Source of the DNA: Amoebophrya sp. A120
Taxonomy: Eukaryota > Protista > Dinoflagellata
Assembly: GCA_905178155.1 (NCBI GenBank)
Contig: CAJINV010000002.1
Location: 372,376-436,375, forward strand
Length of the DNA stretch: 64,000 nucleotides
Reading direction: 5' to 3'
Shown here: positions 60,966 through 64,000 of the stretch, in pieces
Position numbering within the stretch: position 1 is the first letter of the stretch
How the letters are laid out: each line of letters starts with the position of its first letter
Program-made: the position numbers and the translations under genes
The notes under the pieces: generated by a model
Told to the model about the DNA's origin: nothing
The model's input: the letters and a program-made list of their open reading frames with translations, nothing else
Database searches by the model: none

Positions 60966-61411
60966 GTACCATGTTGTTCTGTGTACACAGCGCAGCTGCA
61001 CCAGCAGAAACATCTCACTGACCAACTGCAACTTTTCTCCTTGACTAGAAGAACCGGTAGAGGAACGACGCCCTAGGACGATAAATAGTATAGCCTTCCA
61101 ATGTTCATCAGGATGCGGCTGGCGCCATCTATTACATAATTATAATTTCATCCCGCCGTGGCCCAACACCAGAACAGTAGTGCAGCTGCGTCGTACGATC
61201 GGGCGAAAAATTTCCCCTTGTAGTTTTGGTAATCATTGAACATCTGACGAGCCAAAAATGTTAAAAATCTGAGTCCTCTTCCAAAAGTTGTGGTCATACT
61301 TGAGTCCTTCAGCTTCTTCGATGCTTGTCACGAGCATCGATAGTTCTTGTTTTCGCACCTTGCGCAATAGATACAAAATAATTTACAGACCAAGACCTGT
61401 ACTGGAGTTAC

Positions 61412-64000
61412 TCAACGTTTTGCTTTCGCTTTCTTAGAGGAGGAAGAATTCTCGCTCGCATAATAAGAAGTCCGCTCTACTTTCGCTTTTCCCGGCGTAG
61501 TAGCTGTGCTGTCGCGGTAGGAAATAGATGTTGAATTGTTATAGTAGCCTCCTGCTCTCGCCGATCGATCCGACTTGCGGTTCCACTGTTGTTCCACCTG
61601 GCCGCGAGAATTATAGTGTGTGTCATAATCCTTGTTGTCCCACGCGTTCTTGTCTTCATACTTTTCCCCCCGACCGCGGCGGTCACGAGATGAATTGTAG
61701 TATTCGTTGTAATTCTCCCACTTCTTGCTGGTGCTGTCCCGCTTATCATACTGTGACTGCGACTGGTCCTTTTTGATGCTGATGTGCAGCTTTTGTTCAA
61801 CATCCGTAGTAGGAGCAGAAGCGCTCGAAGCAGAAGCTGATGTGCTGGCCGCAGCTGCAGCACTACTGTAGTTCTTATTCCACGCGCCTTGCGCTTGCCC
61901 CCCATACGAGTCGCGTTTATTTCCATCGGTTTGTCGCGGTTCACCAGAAGAGGATGTGGTTTTTTTCGTGTCATGCTCGTAGTCCGCTTCGCGATAATAA
62001 TATTCAACCTTCTGATTCTGTTTAGTTTCAGTGCGGTGAGGCACAGGCAGAACTTTGTGGTTACCACTCAAACCTCCTCCGTCAACTATCCGGGAGGAAT
62101 CTGCGGCTATCGCCCCTTGCGCGATTTGTTTCCCCTTGGAAAGCTCGTCTGCTTCCTTTTTTTCCCTTTCCTCATTGTCGTTCTTGTTTCCCTTTCCAGC
62201 AGAAGTAGTCGTACGAGCACAGTTTGACGAAGATGCATTTCTGTACACAACGGCCGTGTCTTCCCACTTCTCCGTTGTAATCATCCCCCGCTGGTTCTGG
62301 TTGTAATTCGAATATGAATAATCGCCCGAGCATGTTGAAATAGGCTGCTTTTCTCGCCCAGAAGTTTTTCCTTGCGACGACGTAGTATTCTCAACAGAAG
62401 AACGTTGCGCAGAAGAACGTGGACTGCGAGCAGCGGGCGCATAATTTGAGATACAATCCTCGACCTGCCGGCAATCATTATACGATCCTTTCTTGTTCTT
62501 GTCAGGCCTTTCCGCTGCTCTTCCTCCTTTGTTATAGCCGTCACCAGATTTAGAATTGTTTTTCGAGGTTTTACTTTTCGACGCCCCCTCGCCACCTTTG
62601 CTGAACCACACGGAATTTTTGTTGCGTGGATGATCTATTTTGTGGCTCTGATCATGTGTCGCGAGGACCGAAATGGAAGTAGGAATTATGTCCTTTTCAA
62701 CAACCAATTCGTCCGTTTGTCGGCGATCTTCTTGATATTGTTCCTTTCCATGGCGGCTAGTGCCACTGCCGCCTTGTTCCTTTCCGCTAGTACTTTTAGA
62801 CGAGGACATCTTCTTTGTGTTCGTGTTCAGGTGATCCGCGCCGCTTTTTTTGTCTTCAAGAATTTTTCCAGACGATGTTGAGGAACTGCAACTGGTGGTT
62901 ACAACTTGAACATCAGGAATTGTTGCTGGTTCTTGTCCCGCACAACGACCTGCTGTTGGTGGGTCTTGATGTCCCGCACAACGACCTGCTGTTGGTGTAC
63001 TACTGTACTAAGTGGAATTTTGCAGGAAACGGGAAAATTGAAAAAAATTGCCCCCTGTGCTGGATGGGATGACGGCGACGGCGGCTGGGAGCGGGGACAA
63101 CGCGGCGGTCTTTCTTACAGTTTGTTCTCATCAAAAACCATCTACACTACAGGTACAAGGAAAGTCCTTCATCAAAGTACATTCCACAGGTCCAAATAAG
63201 TCCACAAATAAGGTACAAGCAGCTTACCTCGCACAGGGACCCGCGTTTCCGCTCCACACACACACACTACGATACAAATCATCACAGAAAGAAGTGCTCT
63301 CATCTGTTATTGTTCAAAAAATCCTCTGCACTACTCACAAATAAATCCAAATAGCACATATACTACTAGGCGGCTACCACTACCTCACCGGGCTTTACCA
63401 CGTCCCATGGCGCGGCAAGATCCCCCAGTCCTCAACTCACTGCAGGCACTTGACCGTGACCAAGATGTGTTGCGCCAGGTGGTGCAACAGAGCTACAGCC
63501 TGGCGACAGACCCATTTTGCTCGTGGCCATGGTCCAAGGCATGGCGGCGTTGGTCGGGCGTTCTAGCGGTGGGTAAGTTTAACAATGGTGAGCCTGGCGA
63601 TATTTGAGATGGTTTGAAAGTATGAGTAGAGCTGTATTCGTTGATGGATTTTCAATCTCTTGATGTTTGTGCTAGTGTAGTTCCTCCGTAGTGTGTGTGT
63701 GTGTGTGTGTGGGGACCCGGCCCGACCAAGAGCGGCGAAAGGTACCTGTTAAAAGTGAGTGCTTTTTAGTATTTTCAGACGTGAATGACGCCGCCTTGAC
63801 TCCAGAAAAGGCGGAAGAGAGTGGATGAAGAAGTGCAGGGCCTGGATGCTTCTGGAAGGTCTGCTCAAGGTCGGAGCTGCGGCGACATTACCTTACCTGT
63901 CGAGCGGCTGGAGGGGAGCAATTTTTTTCAAAATTCCTGTTTCCTGCAAAATTCCCGTTAGTACTGGGTCTTGTCCCGCACAACGACCTGCTGCTGGTGT
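61412..64000 (-). CDS. Hypothetical low-complexity (Ser/Lys/Asn-rich) protein; 5' part runs off the window end
   Basis: 465-aa ORF 61412-62809 stays open upstream to ~63005 with repeats TPTAGRCAG(H)Q(D/E)P. The same repeat recurs at 63964-64000 on the far side of the foldback element. Confidence 0.6.
63006..63963. mobile_element. Large foldback / long-TIR non-autonomous element
   Basis: ~50-bp TIR TACTAAGTGGAATTTTGCAGGAAACGGGAAAATTGAAAAAAATTGC, plus mirrored (CA)n near 63255 and (TG)n near 63692. Confidence 0.8.

Overview
Eukaryotic genomic DNA, not prokaryotic. Its architecture matches the parasitic dinoflagellate relative Amoebophrya (Syndiniales); this is an inference from the intron type, not from a database hit. 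The dominant signal is about 60 short (112-370 bp) MITE-like elements from roughly 10 sequence families. Nearly all begin TAT and end ATA, carry family-specific terminal inverted repeats (TIRs), share an internal GCAT(G/C/T)ACA motif, and are flanked by a variable 5-bp direct repeat (DR). They sit inside coding exons without conserved GT-AG ends. Removing element plus one DR copy by hand restores continuous reading frames, including many cases where the removed length is not a multiple of 3, so they behave as transposon-derived non-canonical introns (introners). This reveals minus-strand genes that the ORF track fragments: a repeat-domain secreted protein (<1-3024, 8 elements), a secreted low-complexity protein (5426-7923, 3), a type II membrane DxD glycosyltransferase-like protein (26329-35974, 23 elements, no canonical intron), a Trp-rich/UIM/PAM2/Gln-rich protein (~41962-49447, 11 plus 2-3 GT-AG) and a DEAD-box RNA helicase (51828-59122, 9 plus 2 GT-AG). 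Also present: retroposon-like insertions with TSDs (one nested in an introner), two ~1 kb inserts flanked by 36-41 bp direct repeats, a ~960 bp foldback element, and a 4.9 kb tandem duplication around an N that is probably an assembly artefact. No transposase was recognised. Family letters A-J are my own labels, and all coordinates and joins were derived by eye.
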